Positions 48,466 through 58,981 of a DNA stretch of 64,000 bases are shown here, piece after piece. The translations under genes and the position numbers were made by a program. This DNA comes from an uncultured bacterium (lineage in GTDB: Bacteria; Bacillota; Limnochordia; DTU080; JAAYLA01), in assembly GCA_937983075.1 (NCBI GenBank), contig CALKAQ010000033.1, forward strand, positions 4,114-68,113. Direction: 5' to 3'. Below the pieces are notes generated by a model. It saw only the letters and a list, made by a program, of their open reading frames with translations, did no database searches and was not told the DNA's origin. The stretch's first letter is position 1, and every line of letters starts with the position of its first letter.

Positions 48466-49077
48466 GTGGATGATCTCAGCCCCAGGCAACGGCAAATTTT
48501 AGAATTTATTCGTTCCGAGGTGATGAAGAAGGGATATCCCCCATCCGTACGTGAGGTCGGTCAAGCTGTCGGGCTGAGCTCCAGTTCAACCGTTCACGCT
48601 CACCTCGGAAAGCTCGAAGAAAAAGGCTACATTCGCCGCGATCCAACGAAGCCCCGGGCCATCGAGCTGTTGGACCGTGCGAACGGTGAACAAATCAGGA
48701 AAGACATTGTTCAAGTTCCGGTTGTCGGCAGGGTCACTGCCGGTGCCCCCATCTTGGCGGTTGAAAACATCGATGATTATTTCCCCATGCCGAAAGAGTT
48801 TGCCGGCGATGGAGAGACTTTTATGCTCAAAGTGCGGGGCAACAGCATGATCGAAGCAGGAATATTCGACAGCGATTATGTTGTCGTCAGACGTCAGTCG
48901 CACGCTGAAAACGGTGATATCGTCGTCGCCCTTTTGGAAGATGAGGCGACGGTCAAACGGTTTTTCCGCGAGACCAATCACGTACGCTTGCAACCGGAAA
49001 ATCCGCATATGCAGCCGATTTTGGTGCGCGACGTGCAGATTTTGGGCAAAGTGATTGGGGTTTTCCGAAAGCTATAA
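48466..49077 (+). CDS. lexA: LexA repressor
   Basis: N-terminal winged HTH ([25 protein letters not shown]), Ala-Gly cleavage site, S119/K156-type peptidase S24 motifs (GNSM ... VKRF); GTG start 10 nt after AAGGGAG (track ORF opens at 48457). Confidence 0.85.
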   Translation: MDDLSPRQRQILEFIRSEVMKKGYPPSVREVGQAVGLSSSSTVHAHLGKLEEKGYIRRDPTKPRAIELLDRANGEQIRKDIVQVPVVGRVTAGAPILAVENIDDYFPMPKEFAGDGETFMLKVRGNSMIEAGIFDSDYVVVRRQSHAENGDIVVALLEDEATVKRFFRETNHVRLQPENPHMQPILVRDVQILGKVIGVFRKL

Positions 49078-49177
49078 GGCGGCGCGTAAATGCCACCGCC
49101 CTGCGGTTGAGCTGAGCGGTTGAGCTGAATGGAAGAAACGCCTATCAGACATGCGATAGGCGTTTCTCTCAGCAGGG

Positions 49178-49600
49178 TCAAGAAGTTTTTTGAGCTAAGC
49201 GTAGCCTTGAAGCGTTGATTTCGAGCGGTTTATCGTTGCGAGCCAGCCGCCCGGCATCGGGCAGTTGTCGCAATGGTCGTTTTCTTTGGTTCCGCAGAAA
49301 GACAATCGTTTTTTGATCGATGCCAAGAAGATCAAAAAACAGATGAAATGCTTGTTCGCGTCCTGCGAGTTCCGGATGCTTTGTTTCCGCTTCACGGTCG
49401 AGTCGAGGCAGCTGCGTGTACGTTCGAACTGCTTCCTTGTATGCTTCGTCTACGCCGCCGCGTTCAACGGCTTCCATAAAATGCGTATATTGATCTCGGC
49501 GTGCCTCGGCATGATGGTGCCAGTAAAGGGGTTCGGATGTTTGAAGACTGAATAGCAAGTCTTGTTTTGCGAGACGCTTGAACTTCTTCAGCCCCCGCAT
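49178..49600 (-). CDS. Hypothetical protein
   Basis: ORF only; C-terminal part low complexity, boundaries uncertain. Confidence 0.3.
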   Translation of the reverse strand: MRGLKKFKRLAKQDLLFSLQTSEPLYWHHHAEARRDQYTHFMEAVERGGVDEAYKEAVRTYTQLPRLDREAETKHPELAGREQAFHLFFDLLGIDQKTIVFLRNQRKRPLRQLPDAGRLARNDKPLEINASRLRLAQKTS

Positions 49601-49749
49601 GACCTCTTCTTTGCCGACGAGAATAATGATTTTTCACTCCCCTCTCGTGAACAACGCCAAACCAACCGCCGCCATGTTTGTTCCTGAAGCCTTCTCGGTG
49701 GCATGAAAAAAGCCACTGGGACAATGACGTTGTCCGAGTGACTTGGGTT

Positions 49750-50001
49750 TCACGACGAGTTCTGTTTTGCCTTGAGTGGTTGATATTGAATCCTTTCGCC
49801 GCCGAGCCAGTAAAAGTAGCCAGAGCTCGGCTCATCCGCCCTTGGCCGCACGGCTACCGCCCACGCCGTAAGAAGGCTGCCGTAATCGATACCTTCTGAG
49901 CTGCCCGTGTCGCCGACGTGGGACTTGCGCCGTGCCCATGCTTGCAGCTGCTGGTACGTCAACCGGGCCGGCGGCGGAATGAGATGTAGGTTCTGATCCA
50001 T
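49750..50001 (-). CDS. Hypothetical small protein
   Basis: ATG (MDQNLHL) preceded by AAGGGGGAG; no family. Confidence 0.3.
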   Translation of the reverse strand: MDQNLHLIPPPARLTYQQLQAWARRKSHVGDTGSSEGIDYGSLLTAWAVAVRPRADEPSSGYFYWLGGERIQYQPLKAKQNSS

Positions 50002-50102
50002 CGGCAGGGCTCCCCCTTCCCCGTCCGCAAGACCATTCCTCGACATCGGTTGTAGTATACGTCAATTCTCGGCAAAAAGATGTACGGGAAAAAAGATCGG
50101 CA

Positions 50103-50312
50103 CTACGAAGAAGGGGTGTTTTCTCCCTCTCTCGTCGCATAGATTGAAATGCCGAACTCACCGGACTCTGTGCGGGTGAGTCCGAAAATAAATCCTTTGT
50201 GCTTCAGGCTCTGGTTCAAAAAGGTAATCAGACGGTGGACATCTCCGGAAAGCGTGAATGTTTCGCTCGCAAAGTGCTGTAGACGGTCGGTTTTTGTATG
50301 GTTCGTTGGCAT
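50103..50312 (-). CDS. Hypothetical small protein (69 aa)
   Basis: ATG after GAGG; no family. Confidence 0.35.
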   Translation of the reverse strand: MPTNHTKTDRLQHFASETFTLSGDVHRLITFLNQSLKHKGFIFGLTRTESGEFGISIYATREGENTPSS

Positions 50313-50368
50313 CCAGGTGCCTCGCTTTCAACATATTTGTCGGTCGCATTTGCTGTTGCGCTGTATCT

Positions 50369-50614
50369 CTAGGATACCATGAACACCCGCGAAATTTGGA
50401 GGGAAAGCGCCGCAAACAGCACGACGACGTACAATAGCGCCATCACCGTACCGATCATTACGAGAAAATGCGTGAAGACTCCTTCCGACGACCTAGGATG
50501 CAGTTCTGTGAGGTGAATGTGCGCGCCGCGGATGCTTAGGCTTTCGAATATGAGGACGGAAATGCCGGCAGCTATCACTCCCACGGTCACCCAAACGTGA
50601 GCAAACGAATCCAC
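50369..50614 (-). CDS. Small membrane protein (81 aa)
   Basis: Two TM helices; GTG start after AAGGAG. Confidence 0.3.
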   Translation of the reverse strand: MDSFAHVWVTVGVIAAGISVLIFESLSIRGAHIHLTELHPRSSEGVFTHFLVMIGTVMALLYVVVLFAALSLQISRVFMVS

Positions 50615-50710
50615 GCCTGTTTCAGCTCCTTGCGCGCTTTGATGCGCCGTTTGCTAAAACAGGATATGCCGCTTCATCGTGGCGGGTGCGCTCACGCTGA
50701 GCGACGTGGC

Positions 50711-51382
50711 TTAGGGCAGCAAGCCATATTTTTTGCGGGCCAGCTTGGCTTTCTGTTCAATTTTGTTTTTGATGCGACAGAGTGCGTTGTCGATAGACTT
50801 CGTATGAGTGTTCAACTCATCCGCCATTTCTTTATAGGACAACCCGCTGATATACAACTGGAAGACGTTGTGCTCAAACGTGCTCAAGATTTGTTTGATC
50901 AAATCTTGCACAAACTGTAGATGCTCTTTTTCTATCAAGATCGTTTCCGGGTTGTCCATGTTGTGGTTTGAAATCACTTCCATCAACGTTCGATCGCCGT
51001 CAGCGTCATAGATTGGCTTATAAAGCGAAGTGTAGGAATTTAACGGGATGTGCTTCTGGCGGGTCGTACCTTTGACTGCACTGATGATGTTGCGTATGAT
51101 GCACAGCTTCGCAAACGACCAAAAGGACGACGTACCAGGCGAGAAATCTCGTATCGCTTTGAAGAGGCCGATCATGCCTTCTTGCATCAAGTCATCGTCT
51201 TCCGCACCTTGCAGGAAATACGGGCGGGTCCATATGTAAACGAGCTTTTGATATTTGCGGAGCAAATATTCAACGGCATCTTCGTCTCCTTGTTGGGCCA
51301 GTGCGACAATCTCTTCGTCAGTGAGCTCCGAGTAGTCTATCTTCGCTTTTTGGCTACTCTTTTCAGTAAGCGAACCATTCAA
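50711..51382 (-). CDS. sigH: Sporulation/transition-state sigma factor SigH (Spo0H)
   Basis: Strong alignment to B. subtilis SigH across regions 2-4 (DLMQEGMIGLFKAIRDF, CIIRNIISAVKGTTRQKHIPLNSYTSL, HTKSIDNALCRIKNKIE). Confidence 0.8.
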   Translation of the reverse strand: MNGSLTEKSSQKAKIDYSELTDEEIVALAQQGDEDAVEYLLRKYQKLVYIWTRPYFLQGAEDDDLMQEGMIGLFKAIRDFSPGTSSFWSFAKLCIIRNIISAVKGTTRQKHIPLNSYTSLYKPIYDADGDRTLMEVISNHNMDNPETILIEKEHLQFVQDLIKQILSTFEHNVFQLYISGLSYKEMADELNTHTKSIDNALCRIKNKIEQKAKLARKKYGLLP

Positions 51383-51772
51383 GAGCTTTCACTCCTAACG
51401 TTGACAAACGTCAACTTTTTGAGATGTCCAGTTCTAATATTTCTCTTCGATGCTCCATTCCCCTCTCAAAAGTCAATGAAGAGTGTCTATTTAAGTAGTT
51501 CTTCTCATCCCGTGTTTCGGAAACAAAAAAAGAGCCGCTTCAAACCGGTCTGAGCAGGCTCTCAACAGAAACGAAATAAAGGTGTGTGTGTGGGCATTCA
51601 CCGTCTGCGTAGTCTTGATTACACGCTTTGGATCGTGCCCACCCCGCTTGAAGCGCGCCGACCTCGGTCGGTGCGAACCAAAGGAAGGTCAATATCAATG
51701 CAGTCGTATAGAGGAATAATGGGAAATCAACCGCACGAAGTTTTGCCTTCAGCCTTCCCTTACGGGTGTGAG

Positions 51773-52156
51773 TTAGGCGCTTTCGTCGACCTTTACGACT
51801 TCCGGCTGCTGAATTCCGCGAGGAATTTCATTGATGCGCGTGTCCGTTGCATTGAATGATTTCACCAAGTAGTTGCAGGCATTCCACGGATCGACCGTGT
51901 CACCGCATGTAAACACATCAATCGCTGCATAGCCAAGCTCCGGCCACGTGTGGATGGCAAGGTGACTTTCGGAGATGACGACGACTCCGCTGACACCTTG
52001 GGGGGCAAACTGGTGAAAGGCCACTTCGCGAATTTCCGCACCGGCCCTCAGTGCCGCCTCCACCATAATGTTTTCCACCCGACGCCGATCGTTCAATACC
52101 TCAGGATCACATCCGTACGCCTCGCACAAGATGTGACGACCCAAAGTATGAATCAT
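51773..52156 (-). CDS. speH: S-adenosylmethionine decarboxylase proenzyme (pyruvoyl-dependent, SpeH type)
   Basis: ISESH self-cleavage motif ([16 protein letters not shown]); promoter TTGACA-17-TAGAAT upstream. Confidence 0.85.
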   Translation of the reverse strand: MIHTLGRHILCEAYGCDPEVLNDRRRVENIMVEAALRAGAEIREVAFHQFAPQGVSGVVVISESHLAIHTWPELGYAAIDVFTCGDTVDPWNACNYLVKSFNATDTRINEIPRGIQQPEVVKVDESA

Positions 52157-52336
52157 TGTTTAGCCCCCTTTCATAATGCTCCGAACAAGAAATCAAGCTT
52201 CATTCTAAGCATGAGGGGGCCGCATGTCAAGATAAATTAATAGGCATGTGGAAATATGTGATCGTGCAGCGGAGCGCTTGAATTTAGCATTTGGACAATA
52301 TCAACTTGCAAATTGGGCGCTTGCCCGCTTGGCCAC

Positions 52337-53575
52337 CTACAGTTGTTCGAGTGCCGTGACGACTTCCTCCAGCGCAATGAAAATGTGCTCTTTGGATGTG
52401 CCGCCTTGCAGGAACACCGCATACGGCGGACGCATAGGGCCGTCGGCTGAAAACTCCAGCGAGCCGCCTTGTACAAAGGTGCCGGCCGCCATAATGACGG
52501 GATCGGCGTATCCCGGCAAATCTCCCGGCTCCGGAGTCACGATGGCGTCGATCGGCGATGCTTGCTGTACCGCTCGGCAGAAAGCCCGCATTTTATCGGG
52601 ATCGTTTAAAATCACGACTTGCACTGTATCGGTGCGGACGTCGTCCACACCGGGCCGCACTTCGTATCCCATGGATTCAAACAGCGCCGCGGCGGTGACG
52701 GCTCCGATGACTGCTTCACCGACGACATGCGGAGCCATGAACAGACCCTGTAGCAGGATGCGCCCCAGCCCGAAAGTCGGCCCGACATCGCTGCCTAGCC
52801 CCGGTGCCGTAATCGCTTCGGCGGCGAGTTCAACGAGATCGCGACGGCCGGCGATGTATCCACCCGAAGGCGCCAATGTGCCGCCGGGATTCTTGATCAA
52901 AGAACCGGCCATCAGATCAACCCCTACGTTTGTCGGTTCTTGGTCTTCGACGAATTCACCGTAGCAGTTGTCGACAAAAACGACGATGTCCGGGCGATAT
53001 TGGTGTATGGCATCTGTGGCTTCTTCGATTTGCGCGATGCTCAGCGATGGCCGAAGTGAGTAGCCACGGGAACGTTGAATGAGGACCATCCGTGTTTCCG
53101 GACGAATGGCCGCCAGCGCGGCCGGAATATCGATGTTGCCCTCCGGAGTTAGCTCCACCTCATCGTAAGCGATGCCCCATGCACGCAGTGAACTCTTGCC
53201 GGGGCCTTGAATCACTTGCCGCAAGGTGTCGTAAGGAGCGCCGCTGATGGAAAGCAGGTGATCGCCGGGTCGCAATATGCCAAACAAGCTCTTGGTGATG
53301 GCGTGCGTGCCCGAAATGAGCTGCGGCTGAACGACCGCGGCTTCCGCCTGCAAACTTGCCGCAAACACGTTGTTCAAGGCTTCACGGGCGGGATCATTGT
53401 AGCCGTAGCCCGTTGTTCCGGTAAGGTGGAACTCCGTGATGTGATTGCTGCGGAAAGCATCGAGAACTCGCTTTTGGTTTTTCAATCGAACCGCATCGAC
53501 ATGCGCCCAGGCGCTTTGGGCACGACGGATCGCTTGTTGAACCAAAGGCAACTCCGAAATCAGATGTACCGCCAT
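52337..53575 (-). CDS. ynbB: YnbB-family PLP-dependent enzyme (methionine gamma-lyase-like; aluminium resistance protein family)
   Basis: Full-length similarity to B. subtilis YnbB / Met_gamma_lyase family (PLP Lys region SLIKNPGG). Confidence 0.8.
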   Translation of the reverse strand: MAVHLISELPLVQQAIRRAQSAWAHVDAVRLKNQKRVLDAFRSNHITEFHLTGTTGYGYNDPAREALNNVFAASLQAEAAVVQPQLISGTHAITKSLFGILRPGDHLLSISGAPYDTLRQVIQGPGKSSLRAWGIAYDEVELTPEGNIDIPAALAAIRPETRMVLIQRSRGYSLRPSLSIAQIEEATDAIHQYRPDIVVFVDNCYGEFVEDQEPTNVGVDLMAGSLIKNPGGTLAPSGGYIAGRRDLVELAAEAITAPGLGSDVGPTFGLGRILLQGLFMAPHVVGEAVIGAVTAAALFESMGYEVRPGVDDVRTDTVQVVILNDPDKMRAFCRAVQQASPIDAIVTPEPGDLPGYADPVIMAAGTFVQGGSLEFSADGPMRPPYAVFLQGGTSKEHIFIALEEVVTALEQL

Positions 53576-53799
53576 TAGATCTTCGTCACCGCCGAACGAA
53601 CTTTCACCCGTTTGCCTCCAAGGCTGTCGATGGTCGAGTCACGCAGCTGTTTTTCCGAATGAACTTGGAGGCGCCACTTGCCACTTTCCAGCGGGCGAAT
53701 TTCCAGTTCACCGCTGATCTCATGCTTTTCCCAGAGTTTATCGACTGCTTTGCGCAGCGTCGCTTCGTCGTCGAACTCGAGGGCGAAAGATATGATCAT
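53575..53799 (-). CDS. Hypothetical small protein (74 aa), stop overlaps ynbB start (TAATG)
   Basis: ORF with translational coupling to ynbB. Confidence 0.45.
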   Translation of the reverse strand: MIISFALEFDDEATLRKAVDKLWEKHEISGELEIRPLESGKWRLQVHSEKQLRDSTIDSLGGKRVKVRSAVTKI

Positions 53800-53824
53800 A
53801 AGTTGATTCCTTCCCTGCCGTTGA

Positions 53825-54654
53825 TTAATCGTTCGTTGCCACCGTCGTCAAGGTCCCACGGTCGATGCCTTGACGGAACGATGCCATAAAACTGTAGGCG
53901 ACCTCCGCTGCAGCTTCCGGGGACGAAGCGTTTTCATGAATGGTGTTGATCAGCGCGCTGCCGACAATGACGCCATCGGCCACGCCGGCTACTTGTGCCG
54001 CCTGATCCGGCGTGGAAATGCCAAACCCCACGGCGAGAGGAATGTCGGTCACTTTGCGGACACGACTCAAAAACGGCTCAAGAGCGGTCGATATGTGTGT
54101 GCGCACACCGGTAACACCGGTCAAGGAGACGCAGTAAATAAAGCCGGACGCTTGCTCGGTCGTGCGCTTAATGCGCTCGGGCGTACTTGTGGGAGCCAGG
54201 AGGTAAATGAGGTCAAGCCCGGCGTCCTTCGCTTTTTGCCGCAAGCTTTCGCTGGCTTCGAGAGGCAGGTCGGGGACGATCAAGCCGTCGATGCCCGCTG
54301 CGGCGGCGTCGGCAACGAAACGTTCTTCGCCCTGTCGGAAAATGCAGTTGTAATATACCAAATATAAAAGCGGCACTTCGACCCCTTGCGTACGCATTTG
54401 TTTGACCGATTCGTGCACTTTGGCGATGGTCGTGCCGGCCTCGAGCGCTCGTTGGGCCGCGAGCTGAATCGTCGGACCGTCGGCGAGCGGATCGGAATAA
54501 GGTATGCCGATTTCGATTAAATCGGCTCCACCGGAGACAAGCGCAGGCACGATGGCCTCGGTTGCCGCCAATGAAGGATCTCCCGCCGTGATATACGGGA
54601 TGAGTGCTGTTCGTTTCTCGGCACGCAGCCGTTTGAACGTATCGGCAATGCGAC

Positions 54655-54658
<4 letters not shown>
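53825..54658 (-). CDS. trpA: Tryptophan synthase alpha subunit
   Basis: [28 protein letters not shown] canonical N-terminus; start overlaps trpB stop. Confidence 0.9.
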
Positions 54659-55851
<1,193 letters not shown>

Positions 55852-56469
55852 GGTAAGAACTCCTCGCTCTCGCAATAAACTGCTGCATTTTCTCATGGTC
55901 CTTGACGCCGGGGGATTCTTCCACCCCGCTCGAGGTATCGACGCCGAACGGCTGGACGACCTTGATCGCTTCGGCGACATTGTCCGGGGTAAGGCCACCG
56001 GCAAGGATGATACGACGTTTCCGAGCAATCTCCGTTGCCAAGGACCAATCAAAAATGTGCCCGGTTCCGCCGGGAACACCCGGAACGTATGAATCGAGCA
56101 AAAAGGTGTCCACCGGATATTCGTCAAGACGCGCCAAGCTTTCTGCATCCTTCACCCGGATGCTTTTGATCACTCTGCGGCCCAAAGGGAGCAGAGCCTC
56201 AACCTGCTCGGGCGTTTCGGATCCATGCAGCTGCAGAACGTCTAAATCGACCTGGTCGAGAACGGCTGCAATTTCATCTCGCGTAGCGTTGACGAACACT
56301 CCCACCCGGGAAATGAACGGACCGAGCTCTTTGCTGATGCGCCGAGCTTGCTCAGCGGTGATTTGCCGTGGACTCGGCGCAAAGATGAAGCCTACGGCGT
56401 TTGCCCCGGCGGCTTCAGCGGCCCGGGCATCTTCCGGGCGAGTCATGCCGCACAATTTAATTTGGATCA

Positions 56470-57276
56470 TCATGCGCGTTGCCCCTGCACACTTGATGAT
56501 GTACCGAGCAGCTCATCGACCGCGCTGCCGATGTCATCGCGTCGCATCAATGCCTCACCGACGAGGACGGCTTTCGCCCCTGCCTCCCCCATCCGCTCGA
56601 CGTCGGCACGCGTGAAGATGCCGCTTTCGGCGACGAGAGGAATTTCGGGCGGGATTCGTTTGGCAAGCCGGACCGTCGTATCAAGATTCGTTTCGAAGGT
56701 GTGGAGGTTTCGATTGTTCACGCCGATCAAACGGGCGCCCGATTCGAGCGCTGTATCGAGCTCCGCTTCGTCGTGCACCTCGACGAGGGCGTCCATGCCC
56801 AACTCTTCGGCAAGCTGGCGAAAATCGCGCAGCTGGTGTCGGTCGAGACATGCAACGATAAGCAAAATTGCATCCGCCCGCCAAGCCCGGCTTTCAACCA
56901 CCTGATACGGATCGATGATGAATTCCTTGCGCAAAATGGGCAAGCGAATTTCCTGCCGAATTTGCGGCACGTATTCCAGGTGGCCGCCAAAGAACTCTTC
57001 GTCGGTCAACACGGAAACAGCGGCAGCTCCATGCTTCTCATACGTGCGAGCAATCTCGACCGGATCAAAATCCGCACGTATGATCCCTTTCGACGGCGAG
57101 GCCCGCTTGACTTCCGCAATGAGCTGCACCGGGCGATCGTCTCGTGTGATCGCTTCAATGAACGGCACCGGCGGATCGTTTTCCCGAATGCGTGCTTCAA
57201 GAAACCGTTGCGCAACGAGGCGCTTTTGTTCAGCGACCTGTTCTTTCTTATGGGCTACGATGCGTTCGAGAATCAA
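56470..57276 (-). CDS. trpC: Indole-3-glycerol phosphate synthase
   Basis: ILERIVAHKKEQV ... IGS synthase motifs; probable TTG/GTG start (57276 or 57285) overlapping trpD end. Confidence 0.85.
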   Translation of the reverse strand: MILERIVAHKKEQVAEQKRLVAQRFLEARIRENDPPVPFIEAITRDDRPVQLIAEVKRASPSKGIIRADFDPVEIARTYEKHGAAAVSVLTDEEFFGGHLEYVPQIRQEIRLPILRKEFIIDPYQVVESRAWRADAILLIVACLDRHQLRDFRQLAEELGMDALVEVHDEAELDTALESGARLIGVNNRNLHTFETNLDTTVRLAKRIPPEIPLVAESGIFTRADVERMGEAGAKAVLVGEALMRRDDIGSAVDELLGTSSSVQGQRA

Positions 57277-57277
57277 T

Positions 57278-58300
57278 TTACGCACAGCTCCTGATTGTAT
57301 AGTCACGCAAGGCTTCGAGTTTGGCCAAGGCCTTGCCCGAGTCAATGCTGTCCGCTGCCAGGGCGACGCCGTCCTTCAAGTTGTCGGCAAGTCCGGTGAC
57401 GACCAACGCCGCCGCGGCATTCATCAAGACGACGTCGCGCGGCGCACCCTTTTCTCCGGCAAGGACCGCTTGAATGATTTGGGCATTGGTGACGCTGTCG
57501 CCGCCGATTACGGATTCGCGGGACGCGGTTTGGAGCCCAAAATCTTCCGGCTCGATGATTTGCGTTGTAACTTTCCCTTCCTGCAGCAGCGAAACCCGCG
57601 TGGGTGCGCTGATGGAAATTTCGTCGAGGCGGTCGAGCCCGTGCACGACATACGCCATCTCGACGCCGAGCCGACCGAGGACCTCGGCTAATATGGGCGT
57701 CAGTTCAGGCTTGTAGACACCGACAACCTGCACGTGGGCGCCTGCCGGGTTCGTCAGGGGACCTAAAATGTTAAAGATCGTTCGGATGCCGATTTCCTTT
57801 CTCGGGTTGACGGCGTATTTCATCGCTCCGTGGAACGTCGGCGCAAACAAAAAACCAATGCCGACGTCGTCGATACACTGTTGTACCTGCATGGGCGTAA
57901 GGTCGATGCGTACTCCCAGCTGCTCGAGTACATCCGCCGATCCGCAGCGGCTTGAAACCGAACGGTTGCCGTGTTTCGCCACGGTTGCCCCCGCACCTGC
58001 AACGACAAATGCAGCAGCCGTGGAAATATTGAACGTTTGCGATCCGTCGCCCCCCGTTCCGCACGTATCGACGATTTTGGCGGCACGCGGCCGAATTTGA
58101 TCGGCTTTGGCCCGCATGACCCGAGCGCTGCCCGCGATTTCATCGACCGTTTCGCCTTTCATACGCAGCGCCGTGATATACGCGGCGATTTGGCTCGGCG
58201 TCGCTTGTCCACTCATAATTTCATCCATGACCGCCTGAGCTTCTGATTCCGTTAAATCGATTCCGTCGACAACCTTTGCAATCGCTTCTCGAATCACCAT
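57278..58300 (-). CDS. trpD: Anthranilate phosphoribosyltransferase
   Basis: ATG after GGGGAGGGG; GTGGDG motif; full-length TrpD similarity. Confidence 0.9.
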   Translation of the reverse strand: MVIREAIAKVVDGIDLTESEAQAVMDEIMSGQATPSQIAAYITALRMKGETVDEIAGSARVMRAKADQIRPRAAKIVDTCGTGGDGSQTFNISTAAAFVVAGAGATVAKHGNRSVSSRCGSADVLEQLGVRIDLTPMQVQQCIDDVGIGFLFAPTFHGAMKYAVNPRKEIGIRTIFNILGPLTNPAGAHVQVVGVYKPELTPILAEVLGRLGVEMAYVVHGLDRLDEISISAPTRVSLLQEGKVTTQIIEPEDFGLQTASRESVIGGDSVTNAQIIQAVLAGEKGAPRDVVLMNAAAALVVTGLADNLKDGVALAADSIDSGKALAKLEALRDYTIRSCA

Positions 58301-58321
58301 GAATTCCCCTCCCCGCACAGG

Positions 58322-58981
58322 TCATGAAAACGGTGAATTTTTGTCGGCTCGCTCGGCATCCACACGCGGAATCAACGGATTGCGAGGTTTCGCTGCGCTT
58401 TCCACCACCGGCAAGCCGGCTCGCCGCATGAAGTTCGCCAACAGCACGTGTCCCCAATCGGTGAGAATCGATTCCGGATGGAATTGAAATCCCTCTACGT
58501 CGAAATCACGGTGACGGATCCCCATGACTTCGCCTGCAGCGGTTTTGGAAGTAACGATCAACTCTTCGCCTATGGAATCGGGGTCGACGACCAACGAATG
58601 ATAGCGGGTTGCGTTGAATGGCGACGGAACGCCTTCATAAAGTCCCGAACCCGAGTGGTGGATTTCGGATGTTTTGCCGTGCATCAATGTTTCCGCCGGG
58701 ACGATGCGTGCGCCAAAAGCTTGTGCGATGCACAAATGCCCGAGACTGACGCCGAGAATCGGGATTTTGCCGGCGAACTGCCGGATGACGCTCAACGAAA
58801 TGCCGGCTTTGTCAGGCGTCGACGGCCCCGACGAGATGACGACAGCACTCGGATGCTTCTCGGCGATTTCCTCGGGAGTGATTTTGTCATTTCGATACAC
58901 CTCAACCGAAGCGCCCAGCTCTCCGAAGTACTGCACCAAGTTATAAGTAAAGGAATCGTAGTTGTCGATAATGATGATCAC
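58322..58981 (-). CDS. trpG: Anthranilate synthase component II (glutamine amidotransferase)
   Basis: Class I GATase triad context (GVSLGHLCIAQ ... FHPES); ~25-aa C-terminal tail. Confidence 0.85.
   Translation of the reverse strand: MIIIIDNYDSFTYNLVQYFGELGASVEVYRNDKITPEEIAEKHPSAVVISSGPSTPDKAGISLSVIRQFAGKIPILGVSLGHLCIAQAFGARIVPAETLMHGKTSEIHHSGSGLYEGVPSPFNATRYHSLVVDPDSIGEELIVTSKTAAGEVMGIRHRDFDVEGFQFHPESILTDWGHVLLANFMRRAGLPVVESAAKPRNPLIPRVDAERADKNSPFS

Noticed and set aside
52157-52336. Possible SAM (S-box) riboswitch between ynbB and speH
   Set aside because: The region contains a good promoter (TTGACA-17-TAGAAT) and a short leader, but none of the conserved S-box helices or sequence blocks.
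55852-56148. 99-codon N-terminal extension of trpB through the 3' part of trpF (track ORF 54655..56148)
   Set aside because: Canonical TrpB N-terminus [19 protein letters not shown] begins at the internal ATG (55851) with a GAGGAG RBS. The extension is low-complexity Arg/Ser-rich.
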